Shown here piece after piece: positions 44,075 to 53,083 of a stretch of DNA of 64,000 nt (position 1 is the stretch's first letter; each line of letters starts with the position of its first letter). The stretch spans positions 1,888,001 through 1,952,000 of the forward strand of contig OY771555.1 of the NCBI GenBank assembly GCA_963674785.1, written 5' to 3'. Below the pieces are notes generated by a model. That model was not told the DNA's origin and ran no database searches. It saw only the letters and a list, made by a program, of their open reading frames with translations. Source of the stretch: Caldisericia bacterium. Lineage in GTDB: Bacteria > Caldisericota > Caldisericia > JAAYUI01. A program made the position numbers and the translations under genes.

Positions 44075-44091
44075 ATTCCTAAGGTTATGCA

Positions 44092-44178
44092 TGGTACGAA
44101 GGGCGGGACTTGAACCCGCACGAGCTTAAGCTCACTGGATCCTAAATCCAACGCGTCTACCAATTCCGCCACCCTCGC
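44092..44178 (-). tRNA. tRNA-Leu (TAG)
   Basis: Long variable arm, loop TTTAGGA, CCA end. Confidence 0.96.
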
Positions 44179-44209
44179 ATCCGATTAATTTTTCAAACTA
44201 CGAAAATCG

Positions 44210-44238
44210 ATTATAAAGAAACTTATTTTAACTTTCAA
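44210..44238 (-). promoter_or_regulatory. Promoter for the tRNA-Leu/Gly-tig-clpPX-lon unit
   Basis: TTGAAA-17 bp-TATAAT on minus strand. Confidence 0.65.
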
Positions 44239-45205
44239 GGGTAACGTCTAAAGATTCTTTACAAACGTTATCCCAAGTCTGATCTGATGACAATAAAAGC
44301 AAATCAGGTCTATAAATGTTCGTTGAAAAACCAAGAGATTCAAAAACCGCAATAGATTTCTTCTTAACCATTGGAACAATTGCTCTGACCAAATTGACGT
44401 TTTTGTTCTTGAACCCAAGTAGTGATCTTTCGATTAATGCTTTTTCGATCCTATCGGTGCTTCTATCCGATATTACACCAACACCCTCTATTCGTCCCAT
44501 CCCTTTATCGCGAATGAGAGCAACAATCATACCGATCATTTCATTACCGATATAGGCCTGATGACAAAGATCAGTATCAAGCTCTCCGCCCGAGAGAAGT
44601 CTGCATTCCTCAAGCCACCTCTGTCTCGGTTCTCGTTCCTGAATATCTCGTTTGGTTTCGTCTTCCCCAAGATCAGATATTGCGATAACCAGAGATGCTT
44701 CGTTGTCGGTATCAACACGCCAATTATCGAGGGAAACTCCGGGGATATGTTTTTCAGGTTCAGGATTGAAATCTGTTATACACATCTCAATCTGTGGGAA
44801 AACCATAAATCCAAATGGCTTAAGGCTTGCTGTAATATAATCTGTATTAAGACATGGCACTTCAATTTGTACAAATTTGAATTGCCCCTGTCTTGAAAGT
44901 AGATTTATAACTGAAAAAACAAGATTCGGGGTAACCTCAAGTCTATCTACTGAAGGTGAGACAACCAACGACGTGATCGTTATCCCCTCGTCAAGGAGGA
45001 TACCTGTTGCATACCCAACCATAGCTGAACCCTTTGTTGCAATAACTACAACATCAGAATTCTTCAATGGCAAGCGGATTTCATCTTGAAGTCTATCAGT
45101 GATTACCTTGGAAAGATCGCCACGCAAAACCTCTCTGCGTGCGTAATCCATCAGTCTTCTTACATTGTCTTTCCAGTGTATATATTTTATATCATTCATT
45201 GTCAT
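44228..45205 (-). CDS. Tandem GNAT-fold acetyltransferase-like protein
   Basis: Two GNAT-like halves (MVGYA..ITSLVVSP; MIGMI..IEGVGV..AVFESLGF). Confidence 0.65.
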   Translation of the reverse strand: MTMNDIKYIHWKDNVRRLMDYARREVLRGDLSKVITDRLQDEIRLPLKNSDVVVIATKGSAMVGYATGILLDEGITITSLVVSPSVDRLEVTPNLVFSVINLLSRQGQFKFVQIEVPCLNTDYITASLKPFGFMVFPQIEMCITDFNPEPEKHIPGVSLDNWRVDTDNEASLVIAISDLGEDETKRDIQEREPRQRWLEECRLLSGGELDTDLCHQAYIGNEMIGMIVALIRDKGMGRIEGVGVISDRSTDRIEKALIERSLLGFKNKNVNLVRAIVPMVKKKSIAVFESLGFSTNIYRPDLLLLSSDQTWDNVCKESLDVTLES

Positions 45206-45215
45206 TAAGTATGAA

Positions 45216-45291
45216 TGGTGGGTTGCAGGGGACTCGAACCCCCAACCGCCTGATTAAGAGTCAGATGCTCTACCGATTGAGCTAACAACCC
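45216..45291 (-). tRNA. tRNA-Lys (CTT)
   Basis: Anticodon loop CTCTTAA, CCA end. Confidence 0.96.
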
Positions 45292-45304
45292 ACTGCTTAA
45301 ATAC

Positions 45305-45381
45305 TGGCGCGCCCAGCAGGAGTCGAACCCGCAACCTACGGATCCGAAGTCCGTCGCTCTATCCAGTTGAGCTATAGGCGC
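45305..45381 (-). tRNA. tRNA-Arg (TCG)
   Basis: ACGGA-CTTCGGA-TCCGT, CCA end. Confidence 0.96.
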
Positions 45382-45440
45382 ATCATCTTCCCGACACTAA
45401 TTCAGGCACCCAAAAAACTTAAACTAGAAACGTGGTCCCA

Positions 45441-45517
45441 TGGTGAGCCCAGCAGGAGTCGAACCTGCGACCTGCGGTTTAGGAGACCGCCGCTCTATCC
45501 ATCTGAGCTATGGGCCC
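45441..45517 (-). tRNA. tRNA-Arg (CCT)
   Basis: GCGGT-CTCCTAA-ACCGC, CCA end. Confidence 0.96.
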
Positions 45518-45532
45518 ATAAGTTAGAGTAAG

Positions 45533-45609
<77 letters not shown>

Positions 45610-45617
45610 AAACAAAA

Positions 45618-45694
<77 letters not shown>

Positions 45695-45765
45695 ACAAAC
45701 TTTTTCAAGGTTCTGACTAAGGCTTAAGGTCAAACCCCAAGCCGTCATAACCACCAGACTGAAAC

Positions 45766-45793
45766 AGTGTAAGGAATCAAAAACAAATTACAA
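45766..45793 (-). promoter_or_regulatory. Promoter of the tRNA Pro-Arg-Arg-Arg-Lys cluster
   Basis: TTGTAA-16 bp-TACACT. Confidence 0.55.
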
Positions 45794-45804
45794 GGATATT
45801 TTTT

Positions 45805-46542
45805 TCACAATCCTAAAGCTTGTTTTATTAGTCGTTCAATCTCGGTCAAACCAGGACTTCCGCTCGACAACATCCCTGTATGCTCTTTTAATATTTTACC
45901 TTGTGAGTCGACTAAAGTAAAATTTGGAATTCCATCTTGAACAAACTTACCACCAACAGCGTATCCTTGTGAATCCCAAAGGATTGGATATGGGATACCA
46001 TGTTCTTCTGAATAGTCCTTTGCACTAGGGACATTTGATGATGTATCGATATTTATTCCTATTACAACAAGACCCTTATCTGCGTACTTATTATGAAGAT
46101 CAATAAGAGTAGGCGTCGAACCTTTACACGGAGGACACCATTCTGCCCAGACATCAATAAGATAAACCTTGCCACCAAAATTTCCAAAATTCTGGGTAGC
46201 ACCATTATGTGTCCAATTCAATTTGGTGGAGCTGCCCATTCTCTCAGCGCTCGAAACAGCTGCAAAAAATGGAGTATCAGACTGAATTGATGCGGGTTTC
46301 TGCTCAACAGGTTCCGAGATAATTTCCTCTTTTTTCTCTTCGACAATCTTATCTTCTACAGACTCATCAACCTCTTCTGTTTTTGGGGGTTGTTCTTTTA
46401 CAACCTCTACTTTTTTCTCAATTTCAGATGCAGGAATATCTCCCAGATTTACCTCACGCTGAACAACTGAACCACATGATGCAAAAATAGCTACACCAAA
46501 AACCAAAACCAATACTAATAGCAATGAATATGCTTTTCTCAT
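45805..46542 (-). CDS. TlpA/ResA-like thiol-disulfide oxidoreductase lipoprotein
   Basis: Lipobox-like IFASC, WAEWCPPCK, GIP motif. Confidence 0.88.
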   Translation of the reverse strand: MRKAYSLLLVLVLVFGVAIFASCGSVVQREVNLGDIPASEIEKKVEVVKEQPPKTEEVDESVEDKIVEEKKEEIISEPVEQKPASIQSDTPFFAAVSSAERMGSSTKLNWTHNGATQNFGNFGGKVYLIDVWAEWCPPCKGSTPTLIDLHNKYADKGLVVIGINIDTSSNVPSAKDYSEEHGIPYPILWDSQGYAVGGKFVQDGIPNFTLVDSQGKILKEHTGMLSSGSPGLTEIERLIKQALGL

Positions 46543-47789
46543 TTTTTCACCTCAATAGTTTTATCTTTATCGTTAAACTCAACCTCTGCGCCCAGAATCT
46601 CACTTACAAACCGTAATGGCACCATCGTAACACCATTACAATATATCCTTGGTGGGACTGAGGAGGGTAGAGTTTTTATTTTTCCATCTACAACCGCAAA
46701 AGATTGATCAATCTTCAAGAGAACAATTGAATTGTCTATATTTATCAAAATCGTTTTTGTATCACCATCCCAGGAAACCTTTCCATCAAGATTTTCAACG
46801 ATCTCTCTTACCGGCACAAGCGATCTATCGTTTTCAATCTTTACAGGACACCTCAACTTTTGACCTTCTCCATTTACATAAAACACATAACTCCCGACTG
46901 TAAACCGCAAAATCTTTTTGTTTTCGGGAGAAAGAACTGATTCAACGGTTTTTATTAGATTTCCATCATAGTCATAAGCGTTTAGTGTTCCATTTCCCGA
47001 ACAATCTGCAACAATCACCCAATTTTTGTAAATATTTACAGAAATATCAGTCGCATTTTTGAAGTTCCCAAAGGAATTGATCTTGTTTCCATCTTTGTCA
47101 AAAACGACGATTTGTGATCCATCAAGAATGTAGTATTTATCTTCGTACTTTGACGCATCAATTGCTATCGGATTTTTCAAGATATTTTCACCAAATGACC
47201 TTTGAAAGTTTCCAGATGGAGAAAAAACCTTTACAACACCACCATCAATCACAAATAAGGTTTTGTTTGGGGCATAGTAGGTAGAAACAGGATTTTTGAG
47301 GCCAGTTATTTCGCGATGAAACTCTCCAAAATCATCAATAATGACAACCTTACCAAGTGACCCATCAGTGATTGCTACCCAGTAATCTTCCTCAGAACGA
47401 AGATATTTTATATCAGTTGGGTTTTTGACCATCCCTTCAGTAGAACCAACACCCGCAAGCTCCCTATGATAAATATATTCCCAATTCTCGTCAATTTCAT
47501 ACATTTGAGTTTTGCCGTTTGTCGATGAAGAAAAAGATAACTCGCCAGCACACCAGCAAACTGTGAATGAATCAGGGTCAGTCATCTTGTATGATGTTTT
47601 TGACATTGTGTTTTCAAGAAAATTTAGATTGTCATCAAACTTATGGACATCACCATTTTGTGGGTTCAGGACAAATAGATTTCCATATGCGTCAGTTGAT
47701 ATATCTATGCATGGAGATTCAGTACCCCCCACGGGTATTGCAAAAACAATCATCATCAATACTAATGTTATTGAAACAAGATTCTTCAT
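46539..47789 (-). CDS. Secreted NHL/beta-propeller + copper amine oxidase N-terminal domain protein
   Basis: Signal peptide from MKNLVSI, NPTDI/NPIAI NHL repeats, SLVPVRE and TMVPLRFVSE stalk motifs. Confidence 0.8.
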   Translation of the reverse strand: MKNLVSITLVLMMIVFAIPVGGTESPCIDISTDAYGNLFVLNPQNGDVHKFDDNLNFLENTMSKTSYKMTDPDSFTVCWCAGELSFSSSTNGKTQMYEIDENWEYIYHRELAGVGSTEGMVKNPTDIKYLRSEEDYWVAITDGSLGKVVIIDDFGEFHREITGLKNPVSTYYAPNKTLFVIDGGVVKVFSPSGNFQRSFGENILKNPIAIDASKYEDKYYILDGSQIVVFDKDGNKINSFGNFKNATDISVNIYKNWVIVADCSGNGTLNAYDYDGNLIKTVESVLSPENKKILRFTVGSYVFYVNGEGQKLRCPVKIENDRSLVPVREIVENLDGKVSWDGDTKTILINIDNSIVLLKIDQSFAVVDGKIKTLPSSVPPRIYCNGVTMVPLRFVSEILGAEVEFNDKDKTIEVKK

Positions 47790-47796
47790 GTATCGC

Positions 47797-47825
47797 ATTA
47801 TATTGATCCAAAATTTTTTTGTCAA
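47797..47825 (-). promoter_or_regulatory. Consensus sigma70 promoter, leaderless spacing
   Basis: TTGACA-17 bp-TATAAT, 7 nt before ATG 47789. Confidence 0.85.
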
Positions 47826-47849
47826 GACCCAGAAAAGAAAATACATAAT

Positions 47850-47878
47850 AAAAAAGCCCCCAGATTTTTCTGGGGGCT
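47850..47878 (-). terminator. Intrinsic terminator after argF
   Basis: AGCCCCCAGA-loop-TCTGGGGGCT followed by a T-run on the minus strand. Confidence 0.85.
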
Positions 47879-47903
47879 GGAATTCAAAATTAGCTTTGTT
47901 TTA

Positions 47904-48839
47904 CTACATTACAAGAGCAAGGATTGCTTTTTGTACGTGTAGTCTGTTTTCAGCTTCATCAAAGATTACAGAATATGGAGCATCAGCAACCTCATCTGTT
48001 ACCTCTTCACCACGGTGTGCTGGAAGGCAGTGCATGAAAATTGCGCCTTCACATTTTTTCATGAGCTCAGCATTGACCTGGAATGGCATCATCTCTTTGA
48101 CGCGTTTTGCGTGCTCTTCTTCCTGACCCATTGATGCCCAGACATCTGTGTAGATAACATCTGCATCAACAACAGCCTCAGAAGGATTGTGAGAAACAGT
48201 AAGCTCCGCACCGGAAATCTCTGCATCTGCCTGTGCATTCTTCATAACTTCTGCATCTGGAAGATAAGCCTCTGGTGTACAAACTGTAAAATCCATACCG
48301 ACTTTTGCACAACCATAAAGGAGGCTATGTGCCATATTGTTAGACCCGTCACCCATGTAGACCATCTTGAGACCAGCAAGCCCACCAAGTTTTTCTGTGA
48401 CTGTGAAAAGGTCAGTTAAAACCTGGCATGGATGCGTAAGGTCAGAGAGTCCATTGATTACTGGAACTGAACCATATTTTGCCATCTGAACAAGTTTGTC
48501 ATGTTCAAAAACTCTGGCTTCGATTCCATGGACATATCTTGAGAGAACTCTTGCAGTATCAGCAATAGTTTCTCCTCTACCAATCTGCATATCTTTTGAT
48601 GAAAGATAGATTGGATGTCCGCCAAGCTCGTGGATTGCAAGCTCAAATGAGAGTCTTGTTCTTGTTGAGGCTTTTTCAAAAATCATGGCAAGTGATTTTC
48701 CAGCAAGGATTGGATTAATAATCTTTCCTGAAAGTCTCTCAAGTTTGAGAGTATGAGCCATATCAAAAATCTGGTCAATCTCTTCAATTGAGAGTTCATG
48801 AATTGTCAATACCGATCGACCCTTCATGTTTACTGCCAT
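47904..48839 (-). CDS. argF: Ornithine carbamoyltransferase
   Basis: STRTR, HPCQ, DVWASMG, HCLP. Start MAVNMKG at 48839. Confidence 0.96.
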   Translation of the reverse strand: MAVNMKGRSVLTIHELSIEEIDQIFDMAHTLKLERLSGKIINPILAGKSLAMIFEKASTRTRLSFELAIHELGGHPIYLSSKDMQIGRGETIADTARVLSRYVHGIEARVFEHDKLVQMAKYGSVPVINGLSDLTHPCQVLTDLFTVTEKLGGLAGLKMVYMGDGSNNMAHSLLYGCAKVGMDFTVCTPEAYLPDAEVMKNAQADAEISGAELTVSHNPSEAVVDADVIYTDVWASMGQEEEHAKRVKEMMPFQVNAELMKKCEGAIFMHCLPAHRGEEVTDEVADAPYSVIFDEAENRLHVQKAILALVM

Positions 48840-48840
48840 A

Positions 48841-50157
48841 TTATTTGAGCCTCTCTTTGATGATCTCTTCGATTGTTGGGATTCCAACAACGTCGAGTTC
48901 ATACCTTACTCTGTAGATTGGTTTTGAGACTTTGAGAACTCTTGTAATGTCAATAGGTGTACCTGAGACAATAACATCTGCTGGGACAGCTTCGATTGTC
49001 TTTTTGAGATCATCAATCTGCTCTGGTGAGTAACCCATTGCTGGAAGAACTTCTTCTACCTGAGTGTATTTGTCGAATGTATCTTTGATTGAGCCAACTG
49101 CATATGGTTTTGGAGAGATAATCTCTGCAGCTCCAGCTTTTTTTGCAGCAACGTATCCTGCACCAAACTGCATTTCACCATGTGTGAGTGTTGGACCATC
49201 TTCAAGAACGAGAACTTTTTTACCTCTGATTGCTGATGGATCATCAAGGAAAACTGGTGATGCTGCATCAACAATTGTGATGTTTGGGTTTGTTGCATAG
49301 GCATTCTGTCTGACATAATCAACATCTTCTGGATATGCTGTATCGATTTTGTTGATGACACCGACTGATGCGATATGAACATTGCATTCGCCTGGGTAAT
49401 AAAGGGTCTCATGTCCTGGTCTAAGTGGATCAAGAACAACAAGTGGGATATCAGCTTTGATGAATGGGAAATCGTTGTTTCCACCATCCCAGATGATTAC
49501 ATCAGCTTCTTTTTCTGCTTCTCTAAGAATCTTTTCGTAATCAACACCAGAGTAGATCACTGCACCAAGATCGATGTGTGGTTCATACTCTTCTCTTTCC
49601 TCAATTGTACATTCGTGTTTATCAAGGTCTGAGTAGTCTGCAAATCTCTGAACTGCCTGTTTTGCAAGATCTCCATATGGCATTGGGTGTCTGATTGATA
49701 CTACCTTCTTACCCATACCTCTGAGAATCTCAACAACATGTCTTGTTGTCTGTGATTTTCCACAACCTGTTCTTACTGCACAGATTGAAATAACAGGTTT
49801 CGTGGATTTAAGAGCAGTCTTCTGGTAACTTGGAAGTACAAAGTTTGCACCGTGAGCATTAACGATTGATGATTTGTGCATAACTTCTGTGTGTGGCTGA
49901 TCTGAATAAGAGAAGAGGACATCGTCTGCATCATATTTTTCAATAAGTTCAACGAGTTCTGATTCGTCAAAAATAGGAACACCCTGTGGATAAAGGCTTC
50001 CTGCAAGTTCTGCTGGATATTTTCTGCCAGCAATGTCTGGAATCTGAGTTGCTGTGAATGCAACTACTTCGTAATCATCGTTGTCTCTGTAGAGCATGTT
50101 GAAATTGTGGAAATCACGCCCTGCTGCGCCCATAATAATTACTTTTCTCTTAGCCAT
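48841..50157 (-). CDS. arcE: P-loop NTPase of the cPGS-like/COG2403 family, probable arginine synthetase ArcE
   Basis: MGAAGRDFHNFN, AFTATQIP, AVRTGCGKSQT, RHPMPYG, EEREEYE, WDGGNND, EDGPTLTHG. Adjacent to OTC. Confidence 0.72.
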   Translation of the reverse strand: MAKRKVIIMGAAGRDFHNFNMLYRDNDDYEVVAFTATQIPDIAGRKYPAELAGSLYPQGVPIFDESELVELIEKYDADDVLFSYSDQPHTEVMHKSSIVNAHGANFVLPSYQKTALKSTKPVISICAVRTGCGKSQTTRHVVEILRGMGKKVVSIRHPMPYGDLAKQAVQRFADYSDLDKHECTIEEREEYEPHIDLGAVIYSGVDYEKILREAEKEADVIIWDGGNNDFPFIKADIPLVVLDPLRPGHETLYYPGECNVHIASVGVINKIDTAYPEDVDYVRQNAYATNPNITIVDAASPVFLDDPSAIRGKKVLVLEDGPTLTHGEMQFGAGYVAAKKAGAAEIISPKPYAVGSIKDTFDKYTQVEEVLPAMGYSPEQIDDLKKTIEAVPADVIVSGTPIDITRVLKVSKPIYRVRYELDVVGIPTIEEIIKERLK

Positions 50158-50474
50158 TATGCCTCCATGTTAATTGAATTTATCTTTAGTTCGGTATGTT
50201 CCTGTCTGTGTCCTTTTCTTCTTCTGTATGTGGTTTTGTGTCTATAGAAGAAGATTATCTGCTTTTTATTCTTACCATGTCTGAGAATCTCAGCAGTTAC
50301 CTTTGCACCCGTCACAAAAGGTGCACCAGCTTTTATTTCACCATTATTCTCAATGAGAGTAATTTCATTAAACTCATGTGTGTTTCCTGGTTCAACATCA
50401 AGCTTTTCGACCTTGATTACGTCATTCTCTTTAACTTTATACTGCTTACCGCCAGTCTTTATAACAGCGTACAT
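50157..50474 (-). CDS. rplU: 50S ribosomal protein L21
   Basis: MYAVIKTGGKQYKV..GHRQ. GGAGG RBS. Confidence 0.98.
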   Translation of the reverse strand: MYAVIKTGGKQYKVKENDVIKVEKLDVEPGNTHEFNEITLIENNGEIKAGAPFVTGAKVTAEILRHGKNKKQIIFFYRHKTTYRRRKGHRQEHTELKINSINMEA

Positions 50475-50507
50475 AGTACTCCTCCGTCATTAATTGCTAT
50501 CCTGTCC

Positions 50508-50535
50508 AGATTAGGATTAGTAAGGGTATTGTCAA
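50508..50535 (-). promoter_or_regulatory. rplU operon promoter
   Basis: TTGACA-16 bp-TAATCT. Confidence 0.6.
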
Positions 50536-50550
50536 TAAAAATCTAGCTTT

Positions 50551-53022
50551 TTAATAATCTAAATCAAGAGGTCTTTGTCCCCAACAATACAAATATGAAT
50601 CATTTCCACCAAGAAAGATTGTTATAAATCCAGTGTCAAAAACACTCAGAGAGGATGAAACAACAGTATCAATAGTTGTCTTCCAGATAATCTTTCCCGT
50701 CTCAGGTTCAAGGAATGAAACCAATCCATTAGTGGAAACGACAAAAACTCCATTCATCTTTCCATCATAATGGGTAATCACTGGAGCAGAGGCTAATTCT
50801 TTATCTAGTGTCAATGACCACAACTCTTTTTCGATATAACTTGAGATCGCACCAGGTTTGCCTTCAAAGAATATTCTTTTTGATACCGGATCAAACGCTG
50901 GAGAATAAAGTGTTTTATGGTATGTACTTTCAGCATAAATGAGCTGAGGTTTTCTCCCCCACCCATTGAAAGAAATACTGTACAACGTCCCGTCATTCGA
51001 TGCACATATACATGTAGAAGAGTTGGCAATAATCGACCCCTTCATCGGAGAATCAGTCTCAAATCGAGAGATAATTTCCGATGTCAAAGGATCTATACAG
51101 ATTAAATAGTTGCTAGATAACCCAACATACAGATATTTCTTAACCGTTTCCTGATCAGATGATCTCAAAAGTGGGTTTTCGTCAACAGATACTGAACCCT
51201 TTACCCATCCGTCAAGCGGGATTGACCATTTCAGATTTGGTTTGCTTCCCCTCACACCATAAAGATGTAGCATTTTATCCATGGAACTGAAAACTACCAT
51301 TGGATAGTGATCATTTTCGCTTAAGTAAACTGTCGGAGATGACTCGATTGAACCGCTTTTTTGTTCTGACCATATTTCTTCACCGAGATCAGTTGAAATT
51401 GCATAAAACTTTCCAGAACAAGTGCCAATAAATAAACGATCTTTGTATATTGCCGGGGAGGCTTTTATTGCTCCATCTAGCTTCAATTCCCAAACGATCT
51501 CACCAGAAAACGCAGAATATTTATAGAGTTTTCCAGTACTTGTTCCAATATATCCAAAACCTCTTCTATCAAAACTTGGTGAGGAGGTTATTGATCCATC
51601 AAGTTTTATCTTCCACTGCAAATCGAATCTAAACTGGTTTGGATTTCTTATTTCAGATCTAACGAATCCATTTTTATTTTCATTTCCGTGTGCCTGAGTC
51701 CAAACTACGGTATCTTTAAATCCACCAGAGAAAGTCGATTTTTTTTCAGAAAACTCGATCAAATCTGCACACCAGATACTTCCAGATTCTGATTCTTGCC
51801 CCTCAATATTTTCCCATACCACATAATTATCATAAATCTTTGGATTCTTTTGATCACCAAATGCTTTCATCAAATCAAATGTCTCTTTAGTGCTGATTTG
51901 ATAGGCAACCAAATCAATCCCAAATTCAACACTCGAGTGATCCTCCCATATTATCCAATCTTTACCTATAACCGCATTCCGATAATCACCTGGTTCTTCA
52001 CATATCACAATTCTCGAATCAGCAACAGCATCATAGAGGTGAATTGTACATTCATTTGAAGCATTCATACCAGATGTATCTTGATACCACAAGGCATATC
52101 GATCAGCACCAACTGTTAACCCATACTCTCTCTGAGGGTCAGTTGAAACGAAAAGCTCTTTGTGTTTAGAAATCGAATATGCAAAGATGTCGGTTGGTTG
52201 TTCAAGACCAAAGACAGGTGCATATCTAGCATCTTCCCATATAACAACATCCCCAATAACTTTTGGATTGAACTGATCTCCCGACTCAATACAAATAGGA
52301 ATCTCCTTGCCACTTGAAAGAATATTTAAATAAATATCCCTATCAGAAGCATCTTCTCTCTTTATAGACATCGCCGCATATCTGCCAAAAAGCTCAGCTG
52401 TACCAGGAGTATCATGAGGTTTAACAACAAACTCTTCATTCTTCTCAACTGAAGAGCCAAAAATAGCAAAATCCCAAATATCCGTGGAACCTCTCTGTGT
52501 ATCCCTCATATCCTTCCAAATGATAAATTCCTTTGATATCTGTGGATTATTCTGCATACGTTTGTTTTTTGTGATACTTGTGATTTGTCCAGTATCATAA
52601 TCGAACATCTTGATATCGAAATTATCATCCCTCAATCGATCAGTATTTTCTGCCCAAACCACCTTATTCTTATACTGTGTTCTGGCACCCGATTTCTTTG
52701 CGAAAGACATCGCAAATTTCTCTTCGTCAGAATTGATATGTTTCATGTATATTCGCGGAAAGATCCGACCTTCATTATCATTCAACCTTGAATCAACCCA
52801 GGTAACATAATTTCCATGGATAATTGGAAGGTTTTGGATATGCTCTTCATCTACAAAAATCTTAGGGTTAAAATCAGAAATATAACTTTTACTCAGTTCC
52901 CTTGCAAAAGAACTTGTAACATAGAAACTCCCAGATATAGCAATAGTCATCGAAAAAACCAGCAAGCAAACTGCCACTCTAGATAATCTTTTTACAATAT
53001 CTGACCTGTTATAACGACACAC
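50551..53022 (-). CDS. Secreted double beta-propeller protein (TolB-like/Methanosarcina-type repeats + PQQ-like repeats)
   Basis: Repeated GDQ.NP.I...VIWED.R units, then W...L.G.I.SSP PQQ-type units. Exact start uncertain. Confidence 0.75.
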   Translation of the reverse strand: MCRYNRSDIVKRLSRVAVCLLVFSMTIAISGSFYVTSSFARELSKSYISDFNPKIFVDEEHIQNLPIIHGNYVTWVDSRLNDNEGRIFPRIYMKHINSDEEKFAMSFAKKSGARTQYKNKVVWAENTDRLRDDNFDIKMFDYDTGQITSITKNKRMQNNPQISKEFIIWKDMRDTQRGSTDIWDFAIFGSSVEKNEEFVVKPHDTPGTAELFGRYAAMSIKREDASDRDIYLNILSSGKEIPICIESGDQFNPKVIGDVVIWEDARYAPVFGLEQPTDIFAYSISKHKELFVSTDPQREYGLTVGADRYALWYQDTSGMNASNECTIHLYDAVADSRIVICEEPGDYRNAVIGKDWIIWEDHSSVEFGIDLVAYQISTKETFDLMKAFGDQKNPKIYDNYVVWENIEGQESESGSIWCADLIEFSEKKSTFSGGFKDTVVWTQAHGNENKNGFVRSEIRNPNQFRFDLQWKIKLDGSITSSPSFDRRGFGYIGTSTGKLYKYSAFSGEIVWELKLDGAIKASPAIYKDRLFIGTCSGKFYAISTDLGEEIWSEQKSGSIESSPTVYLSENDHYPMVVFSSMDKMLHLYGVRGSKPNLKWSIPLDGWVKGSVSVDENPLLRSSDQETVKKYLYVGLSSNYLICIDPLTSEIISRFETDSPMKGSIIANSSTCICASNDGTLYSISFNGWGRKPQLIYAESTYHKTLYSPAFDPVSKRIFFEGKPGAISSYIEKELWSLTLDKELASAPVITHYDGKMNGVFVVSTNGLVSFLEPETGKIIWKTTIDTVVSSSLSVFDTGFITIFLGGNDSYLYCWGQRPLDLDY

Positions 53023-53083
53023 CTTATGGTCAACTATATACAGTTGTCAGAATTTTTCAATGCCAAAAGAACTCATTTTAGAA

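Noticed and set aside
45305-45381. tRNA-Arg(TCG) as an unusual decoding strategy
   Set aside because: The UCG anticodon is known in several bacterial phyla, and the presence of tRNA-Arg(ACG) or tadA cannot be judged from this window.
45710-45760. 5S rRNA-like start (TCTGGTGGTTATG) on minus strand
   Set aside because: Similarity ends after about 13 nt, the conserved CCGAAC region is missing and the space is too short for 5S rRNA.
48841-50157. Annotation as cyclic 2,3-diphosphoglycerate synthetase
   Set aside because: No 2-phosphoglycerate kinase nearby, and tight coupling to OTC plus the GAAGRDFHNFN N-terminus fit the ArcE-like branch better. Not excluded without a tree.
50475-50507. L21 leader or riboswitch upstream of rplU
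   Set aside because: The leader is under 30 nt and I see no stable structure.
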